Shown: positions 1-9,584 of the stretch, one piece after another | Position numbering within the stretch: position 1 is the stretch's first letter | Layout of the letters: every line of letters begins with the position of its first letter | Position numbers and translations under genes: made by a program | Assembly (NCBI GenBank): GCA_002788675.1 | Contig: PFRS01000001.1 | Location: 234,706 to 298,705 of the forward strand | Source of the DNA: Candidatus Pacebacteria bacterium CG_4_9_14_0_2_um_filter_40_15 | GTDB taxonomy: Bacteria > Patescibacteriota > Microgenomatia > UBA1400 > PJMF01 | Direction of reading: 5' to 3' | DNA: 64,000 bases | Notes under the pieces: model-generated | What the model was told of the DNA's origin: nothing | Seen by the model: the letters and a program-made list of their open reading frames with translations, nothing else | Database searches by the model: none

Positions 1-441
1 ATCATAGTAACCAATGCCACTGCCACACTGTGCAACATCATTGTCATATTGATTCTCTAAGCGAGCATACAACGTATATGAAGTACCGTCAGAATCGTAT
101 GCATATGATCCACCACCTGGATCAGACGGAATCTGGACCATATAAATCGTGCCATTTTTCTCCCAAAGGTCATTCCAGTCACATGAGCTCGCATCACAAC
201 CATCAATTTTTTGACTTACATCAAGTGGATAGGCATTAAAGTCATTGTAATACAGTTCGAGTGCTGACTGAATTGACGAAAGATCCGCCTTACGTCGAGC
301 ATCTCGCCCCTTCTTCTGAGAAGAAATAAAACTACCCAAGCCAATCGCTGACAACAAACCAATAATCACAATAACAACTAATAATTCAAGAAGAGTGAAC
401 CCTTTTCTAGAATTTTTTTTGGAAATTGGTAGATGATACAT
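1..441 (-). CDS. Type IV pilin-like protein (prepilin, class III signal peptide), C-terminus beyond window start
   Basis: Manual reverse-complement translation from ATG at 441: MYHLPISKKNSRKG|FTLLELLVVIVIIGLLSAIGLGSFISSQKKGRDARRKADL.... Canonical G/FTLLE prepilin cleavage-methylation motif followed by a hydrophobic helix. Not in the ORF track because it runs off the edge. Confidence 0.6.
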   Translation of the reverse strand, partial: MYHLPISKKNSRKGFTLLELLVVIVIIGLLSAIGLGSFISSQKKGRDARRKADLSSIQSALELYYNDFNAYPLDVSQKIDGCDASSCDWNDLWEKNGTIYMVQIPSDPGGGSYAYDSDGTSYTLYARLENQYDNDVAQCGSGIGYYD

Positions 442-453
442 AGTGACCACTTT

Positions 454-1167
454 CTACTGAGTACAAGATGAATACTGGATACAAGCAGGGAGATCTGGAA
501 ATGGTGCATAGGGCACACTAGCGGGACAAGCTCCATTAATAAGTGTCGTCATGTTACAAGCTGTGTTACCTTGTGGACAACAAATTCCCTCAGTAGGTAC
601 GTCAGTCGAACCACCGGTGTAATACACTGGAATTCCCTCAGACACACCATAGTTATACTCTTCTGGGCCTGGAGAAACTAATGATATTGGTATTCCACAC
701 CCAATTCCCTGATTACAACCTAACGTAGCAATGTCTGGATCGGTTTCAAGTTCTAACTTCGCATACACTCTAAATCCTCCAGAAGTATCAGAAAAATCTG
801 GATATGGAACATAGAGATACGGCGTACCGTCTGGATCGCAAGGAATTTCTGAAAGATACCCAGCTAATGCGGTAACCGAGGCATCACCACAAGTATCCAA
901 AGTACCAAAAGGTGGATACTGATTTCTATCTGAAGCATAATCCTCGTATGCTTTTTTAATTCTATCTAAATCAGATTTGCGACGTGCATCTCTTCCCTTT
1001 GCCAACTGGGTAGCAAGTTGCTGAGAAGCTAAAATAAGGAGTAACAAAAAAATAGCAGTTACAATTAATACTTCAATAAGTGAATAACCCTTTTTCTGGC
1101 TTCTTTTTTTCTTTGAGCCGAAAATCTTGTGTCGCAGCTGCTGAAAAAAATAAGAAAATGGTGACAT
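454..1167 (-). CDS. Type IV pilin-like protein with Cys-rich C-terminal domain
   Basis: N-terminal KKG|YSLIEVLIVTAIFLLLLIL prepilin motif. The globular part is rich in Cys, Gly, Pro and Tyr (GICCPQGNTACN...ACIQYSSCTQ). Tandem with the preceding pilin gene. Confidence 0.6.
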   Translation of the reverse strand: MSPFSYFFQQLRHKIFGSKKKRSQKKGYSLIEVLIVTAIFLLLLILASQQLATQLAKGRDARRKSDLDRIKKAYEDYASDRNQYPPFGTLDTCGDASVTALAGYLSEIPCDPDGTPYLYVPYPDFSDTSGGFRVYAKLELETDPDIATLGCNQGIGCGIPISLVSPGPEEYNYGVSEGIPVYYTGGSTDVPTEGICCPQGNTACNMTTLINGACPASVPYAPFPDLPACIQYSSCTQ

Positions 1168-1369
1168 ATTGGTTGATTTATAAGTACGTACTAGTAGTAA
1201 TGAGTGTACAGGAAAAAATGTGTCGAGTCTATCAAAGCATACGTCTCATATGTCACTGCCATGATTTGAGCTAGTTGTAACAGGGTTAATTCCTCTTTAC
1301 AAGAGGTCCGCAACTTGCTTAAATGGAAGGTGCAGTGGTAGTAATATAATAGTTTAAGGTATTCATACT

Positions 1370-3460
1370 ATGGAATATAAAAGAGATATGCTCCACAACG
1401 TTTCGTTGGGGGTGCTTCTAGGGACAATAGCAGCCTCGGCTCTACTTGTGGTCCCAATCACAAATTCATTCGTGACAGATACAAAGGTGTACATTTCATT
1501 GTATGCAGCATTACTAGTTTTGGCACTCTTTATAGTGTCTTCAATAAAACGACGAGCTTTTGAATTCATCTTGAATCCACTTGTGCTTAGTTCTGTTTTT
1601 TTTGCACTGACTATTGGAGCTTCATCATTTTTATCAAGCAAGTATCCAGTCGAAAATTTGCTTGGCTTTGGAGGAACACTCATTGCAAGTGGCATTATTG
1701 CTCTTCTCGCTGGAAGTGTGCTACCTAAGCGTGTTGCAAAACCACTCCTTTCAACAGTTGCAATCACGGGTGCTGTCTTAACAGTACTCTCAGGATTACA
1801 AGCTGTGGGATTTGGACCTTCTGTTATTATCAATAAACTCGTTGGCGCAGAATTACCAGGAACTCTTGTCTTTAATTTAACAGGATCTTCACTCGTAGCT
1901 CTCCAATTTATTGGTGTTGCCTTAGTTGGTGTTATCACCCACATCGTGCACAAAAAACACATTAGTAAAGTATTTGCTATTACGCTTCCTTTACTAGTTA
2001 TTGGTTTGCTGCTTCACGGTTGGTCAATGCTTCCTGGAAAAGATGCATTCGTGCAACTTCCTTCATGGAATGCAAGTTGGTCAGTAGCTTTGGATACTAT
2101 TCGCTCTCCACGTTCTGCACTTATTGGTGTCGGCGCAGCTGGCTATAGAAATGCATATAGCATCTTCAAGCCAACCTGGACCAATAGTACCGATCAATGG
2201 TCAATCATTTATAACCAAGCAGCAAATACTCCTCTCACGTTGCTTACAACAGCAGGGTTCTTAGGACTCATTGCTTGGATAGTACTTGCGCTTAAAGCTT
2301 TCAAAGCAGCACGCATAACAGCAACAGACAACAAGCCAATTGCGTACATGTTGGTGGGTACATTTGCACTTCAATTGGTTCTCCCAATGAACGTGGTTAT
2401 GCTCACACTTCAAGCAATCTTAATTGCTGCACTCGTTGCAAGTGAAAGAGACAAATACTCAGTAGCACGTTTTAAAGCAATGTCTTTCAGTGTAATCGAT
2501 CGAAATCAGGCTGCAAAACTTCCAAGAAAAAGTAGCATGGTAAGCATGTATCTTGGTGCTGGTGTAGGATTCGCTGCAGTAGTTGCAGGTCTTTACTTAG
2601 TAACACGCTCATATATGGCTTTCATGGCTGACCATCAAGCATCGCGCGCTGCTGCTGAAGATAACGCCGTAGCTGTGTATGAACTACAACAAAGAGCCGT
2701 CTCGCTCAACCCTTATTTGGATATGTTCCGCAGAAACTATGCAGTAACTAACTTACTCATTGCTAGCGCCATTTCAAATAATGCAGACCTCACTGAGGAG
2801 CAATCTACTCAAGTCGGAGAATTGTTACAGCAGGCAGTCCGTGAAGCTCGAAGCGCTACCCTCCTTGATGAATCAGATTCAGAAAACTGGGCTACTTTAG
2901 CCGAGATCTACACCAATATGATCGGTGTGAGTGAAGATGCATCACAATGGGCAACTCAAGCATATGTTGCTGCAATCGAGACTAACCCAACGGCTCCAAG
3001 TCTCAGAGTAAGTTTGGGAACTATCTTTGCTAACCAAGAGGCCTATGGCCAAGCTGCAAATATTTTCCAGCAAGCAGTTAGTCTAAAACCAGACTTCACA
3101 CCTGCAGTCTACAACCTAGCTGTGTCACTTGTGAAGCTTGAAGACTGGGTAAATGCTCAAGCAGCATACAAAGCCGTAGTCCAACAACTTGATCCTTCAA
3201 CTGAGGACTACACCAAAGTTATGGAAGAGCTTGACCTCGTCAATGAAAAAGTAGCTGAAATCGAAGCCGCTGCTAAAGCACAACAGGATGCTGCTGCAAA
3301 TGCTACTGGTTCTGAGTCTACTCCTCTTGGTGAAGTTAAATCACCTTCATTAACTGATCAAGTGATCGATGGCGGAAACGCTGTTGAAACCACTCCAGAA
3401 AATGATGTTAACTTAACTCAAGAACAACCTCCTGTTGCTGAAGAGCAACCAGCACAGTAA
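1370..3460 (+). CDS. Polytopic membrane protein, O-antigen ligase/Wzy-like core with C-terminal TPR-like and acidic tail
   Basis: About 10 predicted TM helices, then a TPR-like helical region (AVSLKPDFTPAVYNLAVSLVKLEDWVNAQAAYKAVVQ) and a low-complexity C-terminus. Family call from architecture only. Confidence 0.4.
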   Translation: MEYKRDMLHNVSLGVLLGTIAASALLVVPITNSFVTDTKVYISLYAALLVLALFIVSSIKRRAFEFILNPLVLSSVFFALTIGASSFLSSKYPVENLLGFGGTLIASGIIALLAGSVLPKRVAKPLLSTVAITGAVLTVLSGLQAVGFGPSVIINKLVGAELPGTLVFNLTGSSLVALQFIGVALVGVITHIVHKKHISKVFAITLPLLVIGLLLHGWSMLPGKDAFVQLPSWNASWSVALDTIRSPRSALIGVGAAGYRNAYSIFKPTWTNSTDQWSIIYNQAANTPLTLLTTAGFLGLIAWIVLALKAFKAARITATDNKPIAYMLVGTFALQLVLPMNVVMLTLQAILIAALVASERDKYSVARFKAMSFSVIDRNQAAKLPRKSSMVSMYLGAGVGFAAVVAGLYLVTRSYMAFMADHQASRAAAEDNAVAVYELQQRAVSLNPYLDMFRRNYAVTNLLIASAISNNADLTEEQSTQVGELLQQAVREARSATLLDESDSENWATLAEIYTNMIGVSEDASQWATQAYVAAIETNPTAPSLRVSLGTIFANQEAYGQAANIFQQAVSLKPDFTPAVYNLAVSLVKLEDWVNAQAAYKAVVQQLDPSTEDYTKVMEELDLVNEKVAEIEAAAKAQQDAAANATGSESTPLGEVKSPSLTDQVIDGGNAVETTPENDVNLTQEQPPVAEEQPAQ

Positions 3461-3483
3461 TTCTATTTTGATAGAAAACGGAA

Positions 3484-3512
3484 AAGCGCCAGGCAGAATG
3501 CCTGGCGCTTTT
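3484..3512. terminator. Bidirectional intrinsic terminator hairpin between convergent genes
   Basis: aagcgccaggc-agaa-tgcctggcgctt followed by TTTTTATTT on plus; palindromic GC-rich stem. Confidence 0.6.
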
Positions 3513-3567
3513 TATTTCTTTTCAAATTTGCTTCGCTAGTCTCTCTTTTCCAGTGAGTTCTCGAACT

Positions 3568-4827
3568 CTAAAGCTCATGAAGTAGTGCGCTGGTGAGCTC
3601 TGGAAGCCCAATTCCGGTTACACCACTAAATAAATGAACAACTATGCCCTTCTTCTTGAAAAGCTTTACAATTTCTTTTTGAAGGTCTTCGGAATACAGA
3701 TCGATTTTGTTCACACTCACTAAATTTTTCTTATCAAATTGCTTTGGATTATGCGTCGTCAATTCTTTTACAAGACTTTGATACTGATTCCACAAAAGTT
3801 GAGCTTTATCCTTATCTGAACTTGCCGTGTCATAAATTACCGACTCATCTAGAGAAAGAACATATAATAATGCTTTTGTATTCTCGATATGACGTAGAAA
3901 ATCGTAACCAAGTCCCTTGCCTTCACTGGCACCTTCAATAAGCCCAGGAATATCGGCAATAACGATCTCTCGATTACTCTCTTGTGTTTGAAGCACACCT
4001 AGGTGAGGTTCGAGTGTGGTAAACGGATAGCTAGCGATTTTTGGTCGAGCTTTGGTCACAATTGAAAGCAAAGTACTCTTACCAGCATTTGGAAATCCAA
4101 CTAATCCCACGTCAGCTAAGAGTTTAAGCTCAAGCAAAACTAAACGCTTTTCACCTTCGGTTCCGTACTCTGCTACAAGAGGTGTCGTAAGTGAGGCACT
4201 CTTAAAACGGTCATTACCTCTACCTCCAAAGCCACCCTGACAGACAACAACTTCTTGACCATGTTCTAAAATAGTAATTAATTCATGTTTGGGAATAGTT
4301 TCATCATTAAGGAGTTTGCTTGGCTGATACTCAATAAAAGCATCAAAACCATCTTCGATATATGAATCTGTTACATCAATCGACGCAATTGGTGAACACA
4401 CAGGTGTTAACTCCTGTGGCTCTGGTCTTTGACCTTCTTGCTCCAATTGATACTTCTGATGAACAATTTCTACCCACTTTAAGAGCTGGTCTGTGCCGTA
4501 CTTCGTTCTTCTCTTACGAGCTATCTTGTTCTCAGCAACGATAAGGATTTTTGTTCCAATTGGAACTTCAAGAACGATACTGGAACCCTTTTTTCCGTAT
4601 TTATTTTTATCGCCACCAAGTTGACCAATCTCTGCTTGGTATGAAACCTGACCTACAAACTCTTTCAAAGTCGAAATATTTTTATTTCCACGAAGAATCA
4701 CTGAACCACCATTACCTCCATCGCCCCCATCTGGGCCACCTTTTTGGACATACTTTTCTCTTCTAAATGACACCCGACCATTTCCACCGTCACCAGCTAT
4801 AAGGAGCAATTTTACTAAATCTATCAT
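3568..4827 (-). CDS. obg: GTPase Obg
   Basis: N-terminal Gly-rich Obg fold (AGDGGNGRVSFRREKYVQKGGPDGGDGGNGGSV); G1 motif GFPNAGKSTLLS; DIPGLIEGA switch. Confidence 0.85.
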   Translation of the reverse strand: MIDLVKLLLIAGDGGNGRVSFRREKYVQKGGPDGGDGGNGGSVILRGNKNISTLKEFVGQVSYQAEIGQLGGDKNKYGKKGSSIVLEVPIGTKILIVAENKIARKRRTKYGTDQLLKWVEIVHQKYQLEQEGQRPEPQELTPVCSPIASIDVTDSYIEDGFDAFIEYQPSKLLNDETIPKHELITILEHGQEVVVCQGGFGGRGNDRFKSASLTTPLVAEYGTEGEKRLVLLELKLLADVGLVGFPNAGKSTLLSIVTKARPKIASYPFTTLEPHLGVLQTQESNREIVIADIPGLIEGASEGKGLGYDFLRHIENTKALLYVLSLDESVIYDTASSDKDKAQLLWNQYQSLVKELTTHNPKQFDKKNLVSVNKIDLYSEDLQKEIVKLFKKKGIVVHLFSGVTGIGLPELTSALLHEL

Positions 4828-4867
4828 ACGTTCTCTCTTGCCTAAAAAGGCCAGCTTCTAAAGCTCT

Positions 4868-6013
4868 TTAATTTAAGAAGGAAAGCGGATTAAGCAATCC
4901 TCCCTTTCTAATTTCAAAATGCAAATGAGTACCCGTTGAACGACCAGTGCTTCCCATCTGTCCCAGCACTGAACCCCTAGATACTTGCTGTCCTGCACTT
5001 ACCTGAACAACACTCATATGTGCATATAAACTCACAAAACCATTTCCATGGTCTATCATTACTCTATTTCCATATCCAGAGTTGTCTAGCCAGCCAGCTC
5101 CAATAACTGTTCCTGAATCTGCTGCCAAAATTGGTCCAGCAGATCGATTCGCGATATCAATTGCTTTGTGATAAAAACTATATCCTTGTGTAATTGTACC
5201 GGCTGCAGGCCACAGGAACTGACCAGAACCTGCCCCTTGCACCACATCGACTGGTGTCGGCTGTGCGATCTTACGGACAGGGGCTGCAGTCTGTGGTGGC
5301 ACACCACCAGGAATCATAATCTGCTGGCCTGTTGCCAACTCAAAGGTTTCATCATTAATAAACTCGTTAAATGGATAGTCAACAATTACCTGAGCTTGAG
5401 CACTATCTAGACCATATTTTTTTGCAATCGAGTAAATTGTTTCACCTCGTGCAACTTTATGACGTAAACCATCTACTGGTAGAATTCTTAATTCTTGTCC
5501 TGGCTTGAGCACTGAGTTGTCAGTTAGATCGTTCTCCCACATTACCGTGGTTGAATCTAAATTATATCGAGTAGCAATCGAGCTTATTGTTTCACCGTCA
5601 GCCACAACGTGTCTAATAATTTCTCCACCTCTAAAGCGAGAAACCTCCTCTGCCTGAGAAGTTGAAAAACTATCACCAAAAACTGCAGCAGATATAACAG
5701 TCTGTGATCCTTGACCCTCAAACTCACTATCCTTGTTAGTTAACAACACTGGCCCCACCGTAATCACCAAAAACACCAAACCAATTGTGCCAAAGTGCAT
5801 AAAAGGACGGGTGTACTTACCTCGCTTTTGGTACAAAAGATCAACGAGGATATCTTTAAGTATTTCAAACTTTGAAAACCATTTATATCCCCTAGTGCGA
5901 ATGTACCAACCAACAAAGCGAGTAAACTCGCCCAGATCTGTAAATACTTGTGGTTTCTTAAACACTATTCTCGGCATACTGTGCTGTGGGTCTATTATAA
6001 CAGTCCGCGGCAC
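4868..6013 (-). CDS. LysM-domain M23 family peptidoglycan endopeptidase, membrane anchored
   Basis: TM helix near N-terminus; two LysM repeats (GETISSIATRYNL, GETIYSIAKKYGL); C-terminal M23 motifs (HGNGFVSLYAHM, GSTGRSTGTHLHFEI). GTG start per ORF track; an alternative ATG lies at 5977. Confidence 0.8.
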   Translation of the reverse strand: MPRTVIIDPQHSMPRIVFKKPQVFTDLGEFTRFVGWYIRTRGYKWFSKFEILKDILVDLLYQKRGKYTRPFMHFGTIGLVFLVITVGPVLLTNKDSEFEGQGSQTVISAAVFGDSFSTSQAEEVSRFRGGEIIRHVVADGETISSIATRYNLDSTTVMWENDLTDNSVLKPGQELRILPVDGLRHKVARGETIYSIAKKYGLDSAQAQVIVDYPFNEFINDETFELATGQQIMIPGGVPPQTAAPVRKIAQPTPVDVVQGAGSGQFLWPAAGTITQGYSFYHKAIDIANRSAGPILAADSGTVIGAGWLDNSGYGNRVMIDHGNGFVSLYAHMSVVQVSAGQQVSRGSVLGQMGSTGRSTGTHLHFEIRKGGLLNPLSFLN

Positions 6014-6027
6014 GAAGTGCCGCGGAC
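6001..6027. terminator. Perfect 12-bp GC-rich hairpin downstream of rho, overlapping the M23 gene start
   Basis: agtccgcggcac-gaa-gtgccgcggact; likely rho terminator or 5' UTR structure of the M23 gene. Confidence 0.4.
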
Positions 6028-6048
6028 TATCCAGTTTTAAACTACTTC

Positions 6049-7395
6049 TTAACTACTCTTGAGAGAAGCTAAGAACTCCTTATTAGATTTTGTCTTCTTG
6101 AGTTGCTGAATAAGTGTGGTTGTTCGCTCATTACTATCCAACATATCCAACATTCTGTGGAGCGTCATAATTGATTGATAGGTCATTGGTTCAATTAACA
6201 AGTCATCGCGACGAGTACCAGATTTTTGAACATCAAGTGCTGGCCAAATTCTGCGCTCAGCCATCTTACGACTCAAGTGTACCTCTTGGTTACCGGTTCC
6301 CTTAAACTCTTCGTAGACCAAATCATCCATTCTAGAACCAGTCTCGACTAGAGCTGTACCAATAATGGTTAAACTACCTGGAATTTCAAAGTTACGAGCT
6401 GCACCAAAGAACTTCTTTGGTGGAAAGAGTGCGGCTGGATCAAATCCACCAGACAAGGTTCTTCCTGAAGTCGGGATGGCTAAGTTATAGGCACGAGCTA
6501 AACGAGTAATTGAGTCGAGCAAGATAAGGACGTCTTTTCCAGTCTCGACCATTCGCTTTGCTTTTTCGAGGGCGAGTTCAGCAACGCGGCATTGATCTTG
6601 AGCTGCCTCATCAAAGTTACTTGCAGCCACTTCACCCTTACCGTCTGTAAGACGTGCAATGTGTCGCTTAATATCTGTCACTTCTTCAGGACGCTCACCA
6701 ACAAGCACCGCCATAATATGGATTTCTGGATGATTTGATGCCACACCAGTAGCAATATTCTTCAGAAGAGTTGTTTTACCAGCTTTTGGAGGTGAAACAA
6801 TTAGACTTCTCTGCCCTTTTCCAATTGGCGCTATCATATCGATAATACGCAAAGAAAGTGGATCTTCGCCTGTTTCTAACTTAATTAATTCATCTGGATA
6901 TACTGGAGTAAGACGTTTAAACACTGGTCGCTGTAGATTGCGAGCTTCAGCTGCAGGCAAACCATTAATGGTATCAACTCGAGTCATGCCCCAATAGCGT
7001 TCGTTGTCTTTTGGTTCACGAACTGGACCAGTAACTTCATCACCTGGTCTCATATTAAACCTGCGTATTTGAGAGGTAGCAAGGTAAGCATCACCTTCTT
7101 CGTCACCTGAAAGACTCACTCTAACTACTCCATGACCATCTCGAGATAAATCGAGTAATCCAGTAATGATTTTAGTATTTGAATCTTGGTCGTTCTTTTT
7201 ATTCTTGTTGTTAGAAGAAGGCATGCTGTAGCCTTTATCCTTCTTAAGAGGTTGAACTGCAATTTCTTTAAGAACCTCATCTCTCTTTGAAGAGGTTTTT
7301 GAAGTAGTTTTAACTTTTTCTGTCTTAACTGGCTCATCTTGAGCTTCAGGTTTGTTTGTTTCTTCATTTGAAGAAGTTATATTATTTATTGGCAT
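6049..7395 (-). CDS. rho: Transcription termination factor Rho with N-terminal K/S/N-rich extension
   Basis: Walker A SPPKAGKTTLLKNIA; Rho RNA-binding and ATPase motifs; C-terminal RRDDLLIE. Confidence 0.9.
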   Translation of the reverse strand: MPINNITSSNEETNKPEAQDEPVKTEKVKTTSKTSSKRDEVLKEIAVQPLKKDKGYSMPSSNNKNKKNDQDSNTKIITGLLDLSRDGHGVVRVSLSGDEEGDAYLATSQIRRFNMRPGDEVTGPVREPKDNERYWGMTRVDTINGLPAAEARNLQRPVFKRLTPVYPDELIKLETGEDPLSLRIIDMIAPIGKGQRSLIVSPPKAGKTTLLKNIATGVASNHPEIHIMAVLVGERPEEVTDIKRHIARLTDGKGEVAASNFDEAAQDQCRVAELALEKAKRMVETGKDVLILLDSITRLARAYNLAIPTSGRTLSGGFDPAALFPPKKFFGAARNFEIPGSLTIIGTALVETGSRMDDLVYEEFKGTGNQEVHLSRKMAERRIWPALDVQKSGTRRDDLLIEPMTYQSIMTLHRMLDMLDSNERTTTLIQQLKKTKSNKEFLASLKSS

Positions 7396-7589
7396 ATTCT
7401 TTCTGGAAATAGTTTGTACTTATAAGAATATTTTGTATGAAATCCTAGCGTGTGAATAAGAAGTATTCACTTCTGACATGGCTGGAAACACATTAAAAAA
7501 TCTCTGAAAAATTACCTAATTACTGATTAAAAAAGGGATATTGCCCTTTATTATACTCACAATTGCTTTTTTGTCAAAGTTTAGTCAAG

Positions 7590-8378
7590 TTATTCGAGTA
7601 CTTTTTGAGTATTTGTTGTGGGATCAATAAGTCGTGCATACCTAAAGTGACGAATTGGTGATTGTAGATATTTACAGGTGTACAAGATTAAATCGGCGTT
7701 ATAATCTGTAATCTCGTCACCCTCTTCACCTGAATAGATCTCGTATTCCCACTTTCGATGATCAACAATTATCTCTACTCTGTCACCGGGCTGTGTGTCT
7801 GGAAGTAAGTAAAATGAATTGTACTTCCAATAATCTGTTTGCCACCACCACTGCCATCCAAATCGATGGGCAGCAACTATCATAGGCAATCCTGTACCAT
7901 CCCCTGGTTTACCAAAGTCTGGCACCCACCAGACACCCTTTTCTAGGGCTTCTTCTGGCGTAGCTGTTGGTCTGAGTTGCGTATGCACACCAATAAGTGG
8001 AATAGAAATCCAATTGCCATCTGGCAATGTTTCATCATAATCAGGCTGGTACTGATATTCTTCTTTGTTCTCAACCGTCTGTTCTGTAGTGTACTCTCCT
8101 CCATACAGAGAAACTACCTCTGGTGGCTCAAGGGTCACTATATCAGCAGGAAAAAAGAAATAATATACAGCAGGAACAACTAAAATAGCAGCAATAAGGA
8201 CACTCAGGCCAATCAGTCCAGACAAGGCAACATTTATTACTGAAATAAGCCAAATAGGTAGTTTGTTTGTCTTTTTCTCGATTTTTCTGGCAGAAGAGAT
8301 AATAGAACCAGTCAACGCAGCCCGAGTTCGTGGAAATGTCGTTGAAAAAAAGCCAGATTTTGATTGGACAGTGAGCAT
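7590..8378 (-). CDS. Sortase-family transpeptidase (membrane anchored)
   Basis: N-terminal TM; LILYTCKY matches the sortase TLxTC catalytic-Cys motif; His-containing VVAAHRFGW segment upstream. Confidence 0.5.
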   Translation of the reverse strand: MLTVQSKSGFFSTTFPRTRAALTGSIISSARKIEKKTNKLPIWLISVINVALSGLIGLSVLIAAILVVPAVYYFFFPADIVTLEPPEVVSLYGGEYTTEQTVENKEEYQYQPDYDETLPDGNWISIPLIGVHTQLRPTATPEEALEKGVWWVPDFGKPGDGTGLPMIVAAHRFGWQWWWQTDYWKYNSFYLLPDTQPGDRVEIIVDHRKWEYEIYSGEEGDEITDYNADLILYTCKYLQSPIRHFRYARLIDPTTNTQKVLE

Positions 8379-8478
8379 AGCTCTCTCAAGTATACAATAT
8401 TATTATAGTCATTAATTATAGCATTTTTTGCTTGGAAAAGCAATGTTATGGGATAATATGGTCGAAATATCAAATAAG

Positions 8479-8504
8479 AAATTGTCCCTAGACCAGGCTA
8501 GGGA
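8479..8504 (-). terminator. Hairpin terminator after ORF 8522-8833
   Basis: ttgtccctag-accagg-ctagggacaa perfect 10-bp stem followed on minus strand by TTTCTTATTTG. Confidence 0.4.
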
Positions 8505-8521
8505 CAAAATAAAGAGGAAAT

Positions 8522-8833
8522 TTAGAGCTGGGTCATGTCAAGATTATGGATATGATCAACAACTGAAATAACTTGCCCCACTGCGGCTGCTGTATCAATT
8601 GAAATTACATACGCTTCAGGCTCAGTTCTGGCTAAGCGACGTAAAACAGCATGACCTCGTTCTTGATTGTGGAAGAAAAGTTGCACCTCTTCTCGTCTAC
8701 CATCAAAGAAGAAAGGTACTGCCAACTCATGGTTTACAACAAATTCTGGAAATGAGTATTCATTGAGCCGAAAAGTAACAATCATTCCGGGTTCAGCACA
8801 AAAACGAACAATTGGTTTTGCCACAACAATCAC
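8522..8833 (-). CDS. Hypothetical protein (possibly a gene remnant)
   Basis: 103-aa ORF with no recognisable motif; followed by 750 bp of non-coding DNA. Confidence 0.3.
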   Translation of the reverse strand: MIVVAKPIVRFCAEPGMIVTFRLNEYSFPEFVVNHELAVPFFFDGRREEVQLFFHNQERGHAVLRRLARTEPEAYVISIDTAAAVGQVISVVDHIHNLDMTQL

Positions 8834-9518
8834 CTCTTTTAAGAATTCTTGCTCTGAAACAGTCAGAGCGCCTGCTTACTTAGTTTCACCCAAGCGACCT
8901 TCAGATAAGAAGGAATTAAGGGGTTATTATAACCCACAACTGTTTATATTCAATGAATAGGTTGATTAATCAACAAAAAAGAGGTAGTAAGTGGAAGCTC
9001 AACTGCCTGCCCAACTGTCAAACTTCCACATACTACCCCTCAATATTTAGACTAAGAGTATATTTTGATATAGTAAGATGATATTTACAGGGTGCGACCC
9101 CTGCGTTACTATCAGCGTACAAGTGTTTTGACCTAGTATTGAAACACTTATCTGAGAAAAAAGCATTGTTACTCGTGGTCTGTCCAGCGATAATAATGCT
9201 TTTTTTGTACTTGTTCTTCTTTTTTGCTTCATTCACCCTTAATCACCCACTTTAACGCCGTTTATTAAGCAGCTCAACGGTATCTCTAGATGTATCTATA
9301 ACAATAGAAACACAAGTAAATCAAAATATATATTAATGTTCGTTAGTGATACCAGTCAGAGATATCACTCTCATTTAGTCGAGTATAACTCCTAGACTCT
9401 CCTCCGTCAACCTATAGTTTGACTTTGATCAATTTTATCGCATCCTATATTCAAAATGATTAACAATTTATTGATATAAATACAATTGTTATTAACACAA
9501 GAATCTTTAATTTATTTA

Positions 9519-9527
9519 TGTGGATAA
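9519..9527 (-). promoter_or_regulatory. Perfect DnaA box (TTATCCACA) upstream of the TraD/VirD4-like gene
   Basis: tgtggataa on plus equals TTATCCACA on minus; located in an AT-rich 750-bp non-coding region. Confidence 0.4.
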
Positions 9528-9584
9528 CTTTATTTATAATTACACGAAAACTCTATCGGGTTTTTACTCACTATCACTCAAAAC

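Noticed and set aside
30-239. 69-aa plus-strand ORF at the window start
   Set aside because: Lies antisense within the manually identified prepilin gene (1-441, minus), which has a canonical pilin N-terminus.
1363-1962. 199-aa minus-strand ORF
   Set aside because: Fully antisense to the 696-aa Wzy/TPR membrane protein gene; no motif; typical shadow ORF.
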